NCBI GenBank assembly: GCA_944325345.1
Contig: CALUZV010000011.1
Span: 24,920-88,919 of the forward strand
DNA from: an uncultured Parabacteroides sp.
GTDB lineage: Bacteria; Bacteroidota; Bacteroidia; Bacteroidales; Tannerellaceae
Reading direction: 5' to 3'
DNA: 64,000 bases
Positions 11,101 through 18,932 of the stretch are shown here, one piece after another; the stretch's first letter is position 1; each line of letters begins with the position of its first letter. A program made the position numbers and the translations under genes. The notes under the pieces were generated by a model. That model saw only the letters and a list, made by a program, of their open reading frames with translations, had not been told where the DNA came from and searched no databases.

Positions 11101-11229
11101 TTGCTGACTAACCCATGCCGTAGCATCTCCTGTATCTGTCGAAGCGAAGGCGGGAACGCCCCAAAGTTGGAAAGCTCCGACAAGACATAGCCCCATCAAA
11201 CCGGGAACTTGCTTCTTTTTCTTCTTCAT
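8143..11229 (-). CDS. SusC/RagA-family TonB-dependent outer-membrane transporter
   Basis: Carboxypeptidase-regulatory-like N-domain ('NLTGNVVDEHGVPIIGANILVKGT'), plug 'DEVVVVGYGTQTK', and C-terminal F. I chose the start at MKKKKKQVPG (ATG 11229). Confidence 0.9.
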   Translation of the reverse strand: MKKKKKQVPGLMGLCLVGAFQLWGVPAFASTDTGDATAWVSQQNTYNLTGNVVDEHGVPIIGANILVKGTTNGVVTDIDGNFTLQVAPGDVLQVSYIGYNTAEIKINGEKTLSITLRENSEALDEVVVVGYGTQTKVNLTGAVSTISNDELLDRPVTNVSSALQGLTPGVTVTSGTGQPGADAATIRVRGVGTLNNADPYILVDGIETGTFNTLDPNDIESISVLKDAASAAIYGSKAANGVILVTTKRGKLGKPTVSYSGNVSFSKINSLVDRLSSYDYARLYNQLLQQDGSSPRFTEEDLQLFQNGTDPYGHPNTVWTDYIFRTGFMHKHNLNVSGGTEDVKYMASAGFMGQEGTLRNSDRKQFNLRTNLDIKLSEKFNMRTNMAFINNNYSEPNASYGGGYGTVIWEAIRMAPWIPYKKEDGNYGSISDGNPAAWIDIDSRKRYLQQNFSGVLAFDYHVIDGLTLTLQGAYVTDIKETKDYRKECWYDEVNYHGPDQLTETVNRWSRYTLDILANYEKTFNENHNLKILAGYKLEKYDTRTLTAFRKDFPNSDITDLNGGDSSTQTNSGNSAELGLLSYFGRVNYDYKGKYLLEADFRADASSRFAKGYRWGYFPSFSAGWRISEEDFMADAKDWLQSLKLRGSWGLLGNQDALDEYYPSLQTLYIGKNYPFGGTVNQGITMVSYKVPTITWEQSTNWGIGFDAVFLNEFSLSAEYYNRKTTDIIMDIPVSDTFGISGTYQDNKGSLRNSGVEVNFSWNHSFNNDWRIGIHANFAYNKNELLDLAGVDEIISGYTINRVGEAYQSFYVYQVDGLFQSDEEAAAYEAQYGNPWALPFKGGDFRIKDVNGDGKLSEEDRVVSGTQQPKGTYGLTLSAGWKNFDLSLFFQGVTGTNRYFERDVAGSFIGDTSHPSTNWLDAWTPQNTDTEWPRTFLEENSISAPNRVNTTFWCMNTNYLRLKNINFSYTLPKSWTSKLGIANAKIYYTGENLFTIDSLPFNVDPEFPSGDGRSYPSSQTHSFGINITF

Positions 11230-11447
11230 ACAATAAAATAAAATAAACAAAAAACGTGTTTTTATTTCGACAACAAAGATACGAGAAAAAAAGTTGCAAA
11301 ACGATGACAAAATGGAAAAAAAATAATGAAAAATCACAACTCCTGCCCCTCCTTTCCCCTCCCTTTCCAAAATCACTACATTTAGTGATTGCCCATCCCG
11401 CCAAATCTTCCTTCCTTTGCATCCGCAATTAGAAAATGTAGCTTTAT

Positions 11448-13778
11448 ATGATGAAAAGAATAGCTTTGTGGAGCGCGATGGGGCTCTTTTGTGTGCAGAT
11501 GATGGCGAAGGCTGAAAATGATGAAATCGTTGATAACGACACGATTCGGATGATGAATGTCGATGAGGTGGTGATTACGTCATCGACGAAAGAGACGAAT
11601 GACTTCCGGACGCTCCCCAGCTCGGTCTCCGTCTTCACGCCGCAGCAAATCAACGGGCGACAGATCAGTGCTTTGAAAGATTTGAGCTCGTTCGTGCCGA
11701 ATCTTTATATCCCGGACTACGGTTCGCGCATGACATCGGCTATCTACATCCGCGGAATCGGAGCCCGGAGTAGCGGGCAGTCCATCGGGATGTATGTCGA
11801 TGATGTTCCCTATCTCGACAAGAGTACGTTCGATTTTGAGCTGAGCGACATCCAGCGTATCGAAGTTTTGCGCGGTCCGCAGGGGACGCTCTACGGACGC
11901 AACGCGATGGGGGGTATCGTAAAGATATATACCATTTCCCCCTTTGATTTCCAAGGGAAAAAAGTCTCACTATCGGCGGGAAACTACGGGCAAGTCAAAG
12001 CCAAGGCTTCGCACTACGGCCTTTTGAGCGAGAAGATCGGCTTCACGGCCGGAGTCTATTACGACCATACCAACGGATACTTTACCAATGAATATACAGG
12101 AGAAAAGGCGGACAAGGAGAATGTCGTCGGCGGGCGCCTGCGCCTCGAGGGACATTTCTCCCCGCATTTCTCGGCTTCCTACACGTTTTCGGCTGATTAT
12201 ACCGACCAGGGGGCTTTTCCCTACGGCCTTTATGACGCAGAGACGGGGACGGTTGCTCCCGTCAGCATGAACGACGAGTCGGCCTATTCCCGCACGATGT
12301 TCTCCAACCAGCTCCTCCTCGAATATCGCAACGACCTTTTCATCCTCTCCAGCACCACGGGCTACCAGTTTTTCAAAGACGATATGCGGATGGATCAGGA
12401 CTTTTCCCCGAAATCCATCTTTACCCTCAACCAGACGCAACGCCAACACGCCGTCAGCCAGGAACTTGCCCTGAAAGGCAACCGCGAGGGTAATTACCAA
12501 TGGTCGCTCGGTATGTACGGCTTTTACACGGGGCTGGAGACCGAGGGCCCCGTAACTTTCAAGGAGGACGGCATCCAGGAGATTTTCCAAGAACAGGTCT
12601 TCGACCCTATATATAATAATGTAGTAGCCGAAAATCCGAACACGATGATGCCCCGCCTCGTCGTCCTCGACAAGGAGCTGTACATCCCCGGCTCTTTCCA
12701 GACGCCTTCCTACGGCCTCGCCCTCTTCCACCAATCGACTTACAACAATCTCTTCGTCGATGGCCTCTCGCTGACTGCCGGGGTGCGTCTGGACTACGAA
12801 CATCAGCGGATGGACTACCAGAGCAACGCCAAGATGCAACTCGGCGCCCAATTCGGGAACAGTCCGGCGCTGATCGACCTCAGTTCGATGTACGACGAGA
12901 CGCGGGTCGATATTTCCACCTCGCAGGACTTCTGGCAGGTACTCCCGAAGGTCTCGCTCAAGTACGAATGCTCGCCCCGCACCTTCACCTACGTTTCTGT
13001 GGCCAAAGGATATAAGACCGGGGGGTATAACGTCCAAATGTCGGCAGACGTGATGCAGACACAGATGCAATACGATATGATGTCGGCTTTCAAGGCGATG
13101 ATTCCCACGGAAATCCCCGAGCCTTCGCCCATCGAGGATGTTGCCGCCTACAAGCCTGAGCAAAGCTGGAATTATGAGTTCGGCGCCCGTAGCGAGCTTC
13201 TTCCCGGCCGCCTGAATGCGGAGCTGACGTTCTTCTATATGGATATCACCGACCTCCAGCTCACCAAGTTTGTCAATAGCGGCAACGGCCGTGTCCTGAC
13301 CAACGCCGGGAGTGCGCGCAGCCTCGGCGTCGAGGCATCCCTCCGTGCGTATCTGCTTGAGGGGCTGACGGCCGACGTGAACTATGGATATACCCACGCA
13401 ACCTTCCGCGACTACGACACGGGCCAGGCCGACTATGCGGGAAACTATATCCCCTACACGCCGCGCCATACTGCCAGCCTCGCCCTCCAGTACGTCAAAC
13501 TTTTCCACGGCCTGTGGCTCGACCAGTTTTACGCCTCGGCCAACCTCAACGGGACGGGGAAAATCTTCTGGACCGAGCGCAACGACATCTCGCAAGACTT
13601 CTACCTGACGCTCAACGCCCGGGCAGGCGTCCGCCGGGGCATCTTGAACGTCGGCCTCTGGGCGCGCAACCTCACCAACACCGATTACGCCGCCTTCTAC
13701 TTCGAGTCGCGCAACCAGCCTTTCCTGCAAAAAGGGAAGCCCCTCCAAGTCGGTGTCGAGCTATCCATCAGTCTTTAA
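11448..13778 (+). CDS. TonB-dependent receptor (non-SusC type, 776 aa); substrate unknown
   Basis: Signal peptide, plug with 'DEVVITSS' and 'RIEVLRGPQGTLYGRNAMGG', then a long beta-barrel region. Confidence 0.85.
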   Translation: MMKRIALWSAMGLFCVQMMAKAENDEIVDNDTIRMMNVDEVVITSSTKETNDFRTLPSSVSVFTPQQINGRQISALKDLSSFVPNLYIPDYGSRMTSAIYIRGIGARSSGQSIGMYVDDVPYLDKSTFDFELSDIQRIEVLRGPQGTLYGRNAMGGIVKIYTISPFDFQGKKVSLSAGNYGQVKAKASHYGLLSEKIGFTAGVYYDHTNGYFTNEYTGEKADKENVVGGRLRLEGHFSPHFSASYTFSADYTDQGAFPYGLYDAETGTVAPVSMNDESAYSRTMFSNQLLLEYRNDLFILSSTTGYQFFKDDMRMDQDFSPKSIFTLNQTQRQHAVSQELALKGNREGNYQWSLGMYGFYTGLETEGPVTFKEDGIQEIFQEQVFDPIYNNVVAENPNTMMPRLVVLDKELYIPGSFQTPSYGLALFHQSTYNNLFVDGLSLTAGVRLDYEHQRMDYQSNAKMQLGAQFGNSPALIDLSSMYDETRVDISTSQDFWQVLPKVSLKYECSPRTFTYVSVAKGYKTGGYNVQMSADVMQTQMQYDMMSAFKAMIPTEIPEPSPIEDVAAYKPEQSWNYEFGARSELLPGRLNAELTFFYMDITDLQLTKFVNSGNGRVLTNAGSARSLGVEASLRAYLLEGLTADVNYGYTHATFRDYDTGQADYAGNYIPYTPRHTASLALQYVKLFHGLWLDQFYASANLNGTGKIFWTERNDISQDFYLTLNARAGVRRGILNVGLWARNLTNTDYAAFYFESRNQPFLQKGKPLQVGVELSISL

Positions 13779-13784
13779 GGGCAT

Positions 13785-13821
13785 AAAAAAAGGGTACCCG
13801 GGAAAAATTCCCGAGTACCCA
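13785..13821. terminator. Hairpin between convergent genes; it has a T-run only when read on the minus strand
   Basis: AAAAAAA-GGGTACCCGGG-aaaaatt-CCCGAGTACCC. Confidence 0.55.
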
Positions 13822-13859
13822 TACTTGATTATCAATTATGTATAACAGTAAAAAATGGT

Positions 13860-14687
13860 TCACTGTACAACCGGGCGATCGTCCGGTTCTTCCTCTTCCG
13901 GCTTCTCGTCCTTTTTGTTCTTGTTGCGCGTCGCACGGCTTTTCAGCGTCGTTTTCTGCGTTTCAATATGCTGGTTCACAGCGCCGATGAAAGCGTCGTA
14001 CGTCGTGCCTTCTTCCAGGTTAGCCACTACATTAATCGTATCGACCATCGCGCGGTAAGCCTCGTCGGCCTCCTGCCGAGCTTCCTTCACGACACCCACC
14101 TCACGCGCGTCTTTCTCCTCCGCTTTTTGCTGGATGGCAAGCAGAAACGCGTCGTTTTCCTTGCGCAGGCGAGCCGTCCACGGGTCGATGCCGAGGAGCG
14201 TCCGTTTCTCGGACGGAATCGCCTCAAGGTCTTGCAAAAAGTTGTGCAGCGTCCCGCTTTCCGCCGTATAGGAGAGGTTCGTCGGGTCGCCGTACTTATC
14301 TACCACTTCTTCACCCTCGACAGCCGCCGCAGCGACATCCGCGTCGGGATGCATCGTCATCGCTTTCAGATAATTGCTGACGCCGCGCCAAGCGTAATCG
14401 CGAGCGTCGTCGGCCTTCGTAACCAGGGCGGAGGAGGCCAGTTTCTCGGAGTCCTTCAGCGCCTCGTCGAATTTTTCGAAAGCCGCCACGAACGCCGCCA
14501 CCTTTGCGTCCACACCTGCCTTGAAAGTACCGGCGGCGACAGACTGGACCGAAGGTTGCCCCGGATTTTCCTCCTCATCTTCTGTCTCGTATCCCATTTT
14601 CGGCAACTCCTTATAGACTAGTTGCTGGAAACCGAAATCCTCTTCGACCCAGAGACGACTCAGACCAAATTCTTTGATTTTACTCAT
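13860..14687 (-). CDS. Uncharacterised protein, paralog A (275 aa), helical with an acidic C-terminal tail ending DDRPVVQ
   Basis: Alignable by eye with 27286..28218: KIK..L.RL.VEEDFGFQQLV, ARDYAWRG.S.Y.KA, DKYG.PT.L, C-terminal DDRPVVQ. I chose the start at MSKIKEF (ATG 14687). Confidence 0.7.
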   Translation of the reverse strand: MSKIKEFGLSRLWVEEDFGFQQLVYKELPKMGYETEDEEENPGQPSVQSVAAGTFKAGVDAKVAAFVAAFEKFDEALKDSEKLASSALVTKADDARDYAWRGVSNYLKAMTMHPDADVAAAAVEGEEVVDKYGDPTNLSYTAESGTLHNFLQDLEAIPSEKRTLLGIDPWTARLRKENDAFLLAIQQKAEEKDAREVGVVKEARQEADEAYRAMVDTINVVANLEEGTTYDAFIGAVNQHIETQKTTLKSRATRNKNKKDEKPEEEEPDDRPVVQ

Positions 14688-14769
14688 AGGCAAAAGTTTT
14701 TTAGATGTATATTCTTGTAACGGAGGCGAAGTTACGAACTTCTTTTGAGAAAAATCAAATTTTTCGGGG

Positions 14770-15027
14770 AAAATATGTACGACAGGACAACTTTTTTTCA
14801 AGCGGAGCCGTCGTAGGCTACGACAGGACTACTTTTCGCCAAGAAGTGCTGTTGTAGCCTACGACAGCCTCGCTTTTTCCCAAGAAGTGCTTTCGTACCC
14901 TACGACAGGGCAAATAATCCTCAAGAACCCTTGTCGTACCCTACGACAGCCTCGCTTTTTCTCAAGTCGCTCTGGTGGTGAAAATTTGTTAACGGATTGA
15001 GCCGAATTTCTCTTGTCGTAGGCTTGG
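14770..15027. repeat. 41-bp phased array of the 8-3-8 dyad CTGTCGTA-NNN-TACGACAG
   Basis: TACGACAG occurs at 14778, 14819, 14860, 14901 and 14942. A left-arm remnant GTCGTAGG at 15015 is in phase (+82). Confidence 0.85.
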
Positions 15028-15031
15028 CAAC

Positions 15032-15063
15032 AAAAAAAGGGCGCATCTTTCGATGCGCCCCCC
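15032..15063 (-). terminator. Intrinsic terminator of fba
   Basis: Reverse strand: GGGCGCATC-GAAA-GATGCGCCC followed by TTTTTTT. Confidence 0.7.
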
Positions 15064-15091
15064 GTCTAATGAACCTTAACTATGTAAAGGA

Positions 15092-16090
15092 TTATAACTT
15101 ATCGTTAGAACCCAAAACATTCAAGATTTTGTGCTTGTAGAGCTTCTCCATTTCGTCGCGAGCCGGGCCGAGGTATTTGCGCGGGTCGAATTCAGCCGGT
15201 TTTTCAGCAAATACTTTGCGGATGGCAGCCGTCATAGCCAGACGAGAGTCGGAGTCGATGTTGATCTTGCAAACGGCAGACTTAGCAGCCTTGCGGAGCT
15301 CGTCTTCCGGAATACCGATGGCAGCCTCGAGGTTTCCACCGTACTTGTTGATCATTTCAACATATTCCTGAGGAACAGAAGAAGAACCGTGGAGAACGAT
15401 AGGGAAGCCCGGGAGTTTTTCCATCACAGCGTCCAAAACGTCGAATGCCAAAGGAGGAGGAACCAAGCGGCCAGTAGCCGGGTCAACGTGGCACTGTTCG
15501 GGTTTGAACTTGTATGCGCCGTGAGAAGTACCGATGGAGATAGCCAAAGAATCGCAACCTGTACGAGTTGAGAAGTCGATTACTTCTTCAGGGTTCGTAT
15601 AAGTGTGGTGTTCAGCGCAAACTTCATCTTCAACGCCGGCCAGGACACCGAGTTCGCCCTCAACCGTTACGTCGTACTGGTGAGCATAATCAACAACCTT
15701 CTTTGTCAAGGCAACGTTCTCTTCGTAAGGCAGATGAGAACCGTCGATCATGACAGAAGAGAAACCTAAGTCCACGCAAGACTTACACAATTCGAAGGAA
15801 TCGCCGTGGTCCAAGTGGAGGACGATCTGCGGGTTTTCGCAACCTAATTCCTTGGCATATTGAACAGCACCTTCAGCCATGTAGCGCAGCAACGTCTGGT
15901 TTGCATAGTTACGTGCACCTTTGGAAACCTGCAGGATAACCGGAGATTTGGTTTCTACGGAAGCCTTGATGATGGCCTGCAATTGTTCCATGTTGTTGAA
16001 GTTGAAAGCTGGGATGGCGTAACCGCCTTTGATGGCCTTGGCAAACATCTCTTTCGTGTTCACCAAACCTAATTCTTTGTAACTTACCAT
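15092..16090 (-). CDS. fba: Class II fructose-1,6-bisphosphate aldolase
   Basis: Motifs 'VLHLDHGDSFE', 'VEGELGVLAGVED' and 'ISIGTSHGAYKF'; 332 aa. Confidence 0.92.
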   Translation of the reverse strand: MVSYKELGLVNTKEMFAKAIKGGYAIPAFNFNNMEQLQAIIKASVETKSPVILQVSKGARNYANQTLLRYMAEGAVQYAKELGCENPQIVLHLDHGDSFELCKSCVDLGFSSVMIDGSHLPYEENVALTKKVVDYAHQYDVTVEGELGVLAGVEDEVCAEHHTYTNPEEVIDFSTRTGCDSLAISIGTSHGAYKFKPEQCHVDPATGRLVPPPLAFDVLDAVMEKLPGFPIVLHGSSSVPQEYVEMINKYGGNLEAAIGIPEDELRKAAKSAVCKINIDSDSRLAMTAAIRKVFAEKPAEFDPRKYLGPARDEMEKLYKHKILNVLGSNDKL

Positions 16091-16130
16091 AATTGTATAT
16101 GTTATTACGTTAGTGATTAAAAATTTGACA

Positions 16131-16138
16131 CAAAGATA
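16131..16138 (-). promoter_or_regulatory. -7 box (TATCTTTG)
   Basis: TAnnTTTG 41 nt upstream of the fba start. Confidence 0.45.
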
Positions 16139-16242
16139 GGATATTCCCTTTAAAATAACGTCATCAAATGGATAAAATAACTGAAAATAAATTTCGTTGG
16201 AAAAAATGCGGGAAAAGCTATTGTTTATTCGCGAGATATATC

Positions 16243-16250
16243 TACCTTTG
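16243..16250 (+). promoter_or_regulatory. -7 box (TACCTTTG)
   Basis: TAnnTTTG about 60 nt upstream of the L31 gene. Confidence 0.45.
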
Positions 16251-16311
16251 CAAGCCGAAAATACCGGTTACCAATCTATAAGTAGAATAATAATTAAAAT
16301 CAGATAAGACA

Positions 16312-16566
16312 ATGAAGAAAGGTATTCATCCTGAGAATTATCGTCCTGTAGTGTTCAAGGACATGTCAAATGATGACACATTCATCACGCGTTCAACAAT
16401 CAATGCGAAAGATACGATTGTTATCGACGGCGTTGAATATCCGCTGGTCAAAGTGGAAATTTCTAACACCTCCCACCCGTTCTATACTGGTAAATCCAAG
16501 TTGGTTGATACGGCAGGTCGCGTAGATAAGTTCATGAGCCGCTACGGTAACCGCAAGAAGAAATAA
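16312..16566 (+). CDS. rpmE: 50S ribosomal protein L31, type B (no zinc-binding cysteines)
   Basis: '[10 protein letters not shown]...HPFYTGK'. The 84-aa sequence contains no Cys. Confidence 0.9.
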   Translation: MKKGIHPENYRPVVFKDMSNDDTFITRSTINAKDTIVIDGVEYPLVKVEISNTSHPFYTGKSKLVDTAGRVDKFMSRYGNRKKK

Positions 16567-16589
16567 TTTAGCGGGAAAAGGCTAAAGGG

Positions 16590-16628
16590 AAGCCGCTCGG
16601 AGGGAGTCCGGGCGGCTTTCTTATTATA
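16590..16628 (+). terminator. Intrinsic terminator after rpmE
   Basis: AAGCCGCTCGG-agggagt-CCGgGCGGCTT followed by TCTTATTAT. Confidence 0.6.
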
Positions 16629-16641
16629 TAAAGGTAAAGGA

Positions 16642-17127
16642 TTAAGCAAAAATACTTGCCGGCACCTCACCCGTCCAGGCTTTAGGCTGTTCGACGCCGA
16701 AGAGGCGAAGGATGACAGCGGCGGTGTTCACGGTGTTGTTTGGTTCCGTCATCCGGAGTCCCTTCGCGATACCCGGTCCTGTAAGCCCCCAAGGGACGAT
16801 CATTTCGTCGGTGCTGACCCCGCCGTGGCCGTACTCGATGCCGCCATGGTCGGTGAGGAAGAAGAAATGGGTATCGTCGTAGATGCCGTTTTGTTTCATC
16901 TGTTCCAACAGCTTGCCGATTTTCACGTCGGCCTCTTCGATGGATTTGATGTATTCCGGGGACATCCATTTATATTTGTGGCCTGCATGGTCGGTACGGA
17001 CGGAATAGAGGAAGACAAGTGTAGGCTGATTGCGGTTTTGCTCTTCACCACCTCCGCCGGATTGTGGGGGAAAACGCTGAAGAAGGTACTGTCGGTGAAA
17101 ATAGTACGCATACGAGCGGGGATGCGG
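16642..17127 (-). pseudogene. 5'-truncated remnant of an alkaline-phosphatase-superfamily (type I phosphodiesterase/nucleotide pyrophosphatase-like) gene
   Basis: The frame is open from the TAG at 17128-17130 down to 16642. It reads ...QPTLVFLYSVRTDHAGHKYKWMSPEY...FFLTDHGGIEYGHGG..., with DHAGH and TDHGG metal motifs. The N-terminal half, which carries the nucleophile, is missing. The only start in frame (16965) lies after the DHAGH motif. Confidence 0.5.
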
Positions 17128-17147
17128 CTAAAGGTTTAGGAAAACCG

Positions 17148-17215
17148 CCGAAGAGCTTCGGGGATTACTCTGAGGCTTTCGGGAAGTCTCCGAAACCCTT
17201 CGGGAACCTCCCGAC
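17148..17215. repeat. 21-bp phased mini-hairpins (CCGAAG-ag-CTTCGG type)
   Basis: TTCGG occurs at 17157/17178/17199. Hairpins include CCGAAGAGCTTCGG, TTTCGGGAAGTCTCCGAAA and CCGAAACCCTTCGG. Confidence 0.6.
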
Positions 17216-17474
17216 GGCTGTAGGCTAACGACCTTTCAACCATTTCCGCCCGCTCTTGGTTTTTGTTATCCAAAAGAGGAAGCCACCGCCGAAGACGATG
17301 CACATGGAGTAAAACATAAGGAGATAATCAATGCTGTCCATATTATTTGTCTTTTAAAAGTTTATACCCAATTGCTGCAAATAAAACAGTTGACCAATTG
17401 CTCATAGTTGTTTGTTTTAATGATTTGCCGACAAAGTTCGATATTCTGAGTGAATTATCCAACCAAATCTTGCC

Positions 17475-18626
17475 TTAAATCATCCTCTTTTCATACCTAT
17501 GGTAAAAATAGAACAGCAACGCGAAGCCGACGAGGGCGAAGAAGAGTCCGATGAGCGCCGGGTAGCGATAATCCAAACCAGCCTCGATAGGCAGGCCTCC
17601 ACAATACGCCCCAACTGCATTCCCCAGGTTGAATGCCATCTGCACGCTCGCCGCGCCCAGCATCTCGCCACCGGGGGAAAACTTAATCAGAAGAAATTGC
17701 TGGGGACTGCTGACGCCGAAGAGACAGAATGTTACAATGCACATCAGGAAGACGGCTACCCAGCGGTAAGGCGCGAAGAAGAAAATGCAGAGCAGCGCAA
17801 TAGCCATCAGTCCCTGCATCGCTGCCGCCGTCCTTCCGGGGGAGAAATAGACGCTCAGCCGTCCGCCACAGAGATTCCCAAGCACCATCCCTGCGCCAGA
17901 GAGTATCATCAGGCCGGTGATAGCTTCGGGTTTAAAGCCGGAGATGTGTGTTAGCATCGGACTGACATAGCTGTACCAGCAGAACGCCCCGCCATTGCCC
18001 ATCATCGTTGCGGCGAGCAAAAGCCACGGTGCCAAATGGCGCAGGAAGCGGAATTGTCCACGAAAACCGGTGTCGGGCAAGGGTTCGATATAAGGAACCC
18101 AGTGATAAATCGCGTAGAGCGTCAGTGCTCCCCAAACGACTACGAGACCGAAGACCAGTCGCCACGAGAGATACGTACTGAGCAATGTCCCAAGCGGGAC
18201 GCCGAAGAGGTTCGCGAAGGTCATCCCGGCTATCATGATAGCTACCGCTTCTGATTCCTTTCCCTTCTCTGCCAATTTTGAAGCAACAATAGAGGCTACG
18301 CCGAAATACGCACCGTGCGGCAATCCGGAAATGAAACGCGCCGGAAGCATCATCCAATAACTTGGGGCAAGCGCGGCACAGAAGCTGCCGAGCATCATCA
18401 GCGACATCAGAAAAAGGAGGACTTGCTTCATCGGCCGTTTGCGCAAAAGTATCAGCATCGGTGCGCCGCAACAAACACCGAGGGCATAGGCGGAGATGAA
18501 ATGCCCGGCGGAGGGGATAGAGACATTCAGTGCATGTGCTACACGGGGCAGGATTCCCATCATCACAAATTCGGCAATGCCCAATCCCAACGTGCCGAAA
18601 GAGAGGGCAATCAGACTTTTCTTCAT
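17475..18626 (-). CDS. MFS transporter (DHA1/AraJ-like)
   Basis: 383 aa with 12 predicted hydrophobic spans. Confidence 0.75.
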   Translation of the reverse strand: MKKSLIALSFGTLGLGIAEFVMMGILPRVAHALNVSIPSAGHFISAYALGVCCGAPMLILLRKRPMKQVLLFLMSLMMLGSFCAALAPSYWMMLPARFISGLPHGAYFGVASIVASKLAEKGKESEAVAIMIAGMTFANLFGVPLGTLLSTYLSWRLVFGLVVVWGALTLYAIYHWVPYIEPLPDTGFRGQFRFLRHLAPWLLLAATMMGNGGAFCWYSYVSPMLTHISGFKPEAITGLMILSGAGMVLGNLCGGRLSVYFSPGRTAAAMQGLMAIALLCIFFFAPYRWVAVFLMCIVTFCLFGVSSPQQFLLIKFSPGGEMLGAASVQMAFNLGNAVGAYCGGLPIEAGLDYRYPALIGLFFALVGFALLFYFYHRYEKRMI

Positions 18627-18658
18627 AACCTAAACAAACGCTAATTTTTTTCGGGGTG

Positions 18659-18666
18659 CAAAGGTA
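18659..18666 (-). promoter_or_regulatory. -7 box (TACCTTTG)
   Basis: 33 nt upstream of the 18626 start. Confidence 0.45.
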
Positions 18667-18932
18667 GATATTCGGGTGGGATGCGCAACGGGGGACTGAT
18701 GAATTTTCGGTTACATACCGAGGTTTTTGAGGAAAGGCAAGAAGGCAGCGAGGCCAAAGGTTAGCAAAGATTAAGGAAAATGTGAAAAGCTCAATATTTG
18801 ACGAATAATGGACTTTTCTTGCGGAAGTTCAGAAAGAAGGCGTACCTTTACACCGAATCAGATACGAAAGAAGGGCGCATAGCCTTTCGTCAATCTCTTC
18901 TCAGTTATAAATCCTTTAAAACTTTTTAGGTT

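Noticed and set aside
11230-11447. Possible riboswitch (for example cobalamin or thiamine) upstream of the TonB-dependent receptor at 11448.
   Set aside because: The region is AT-rich with poly-A/T tracts. I saw no conserved riboswitch core, no B12-box-like element and no multi-stem GC structure.
11970-13748. Long antisense or out-of-frame ORFs inside well-supported genes: 11970..13748 (592 aa), 36539..38179 (546 aa), 44791..45810, 42603..43601, 10234..11190, 5400..6302, 25109..25900, 43655..44464, 51087..51932, 40516..41346 and 41350..41997.
   Set aside because: Each lies fully within a gene that has diagnostic motifs on the other strand or frame. Their translations are low-complexity (R/G/A/V/E-rich) with no recognisable domains. 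This is typical of stop-poor shadow frames in GC-rich coding DNA.
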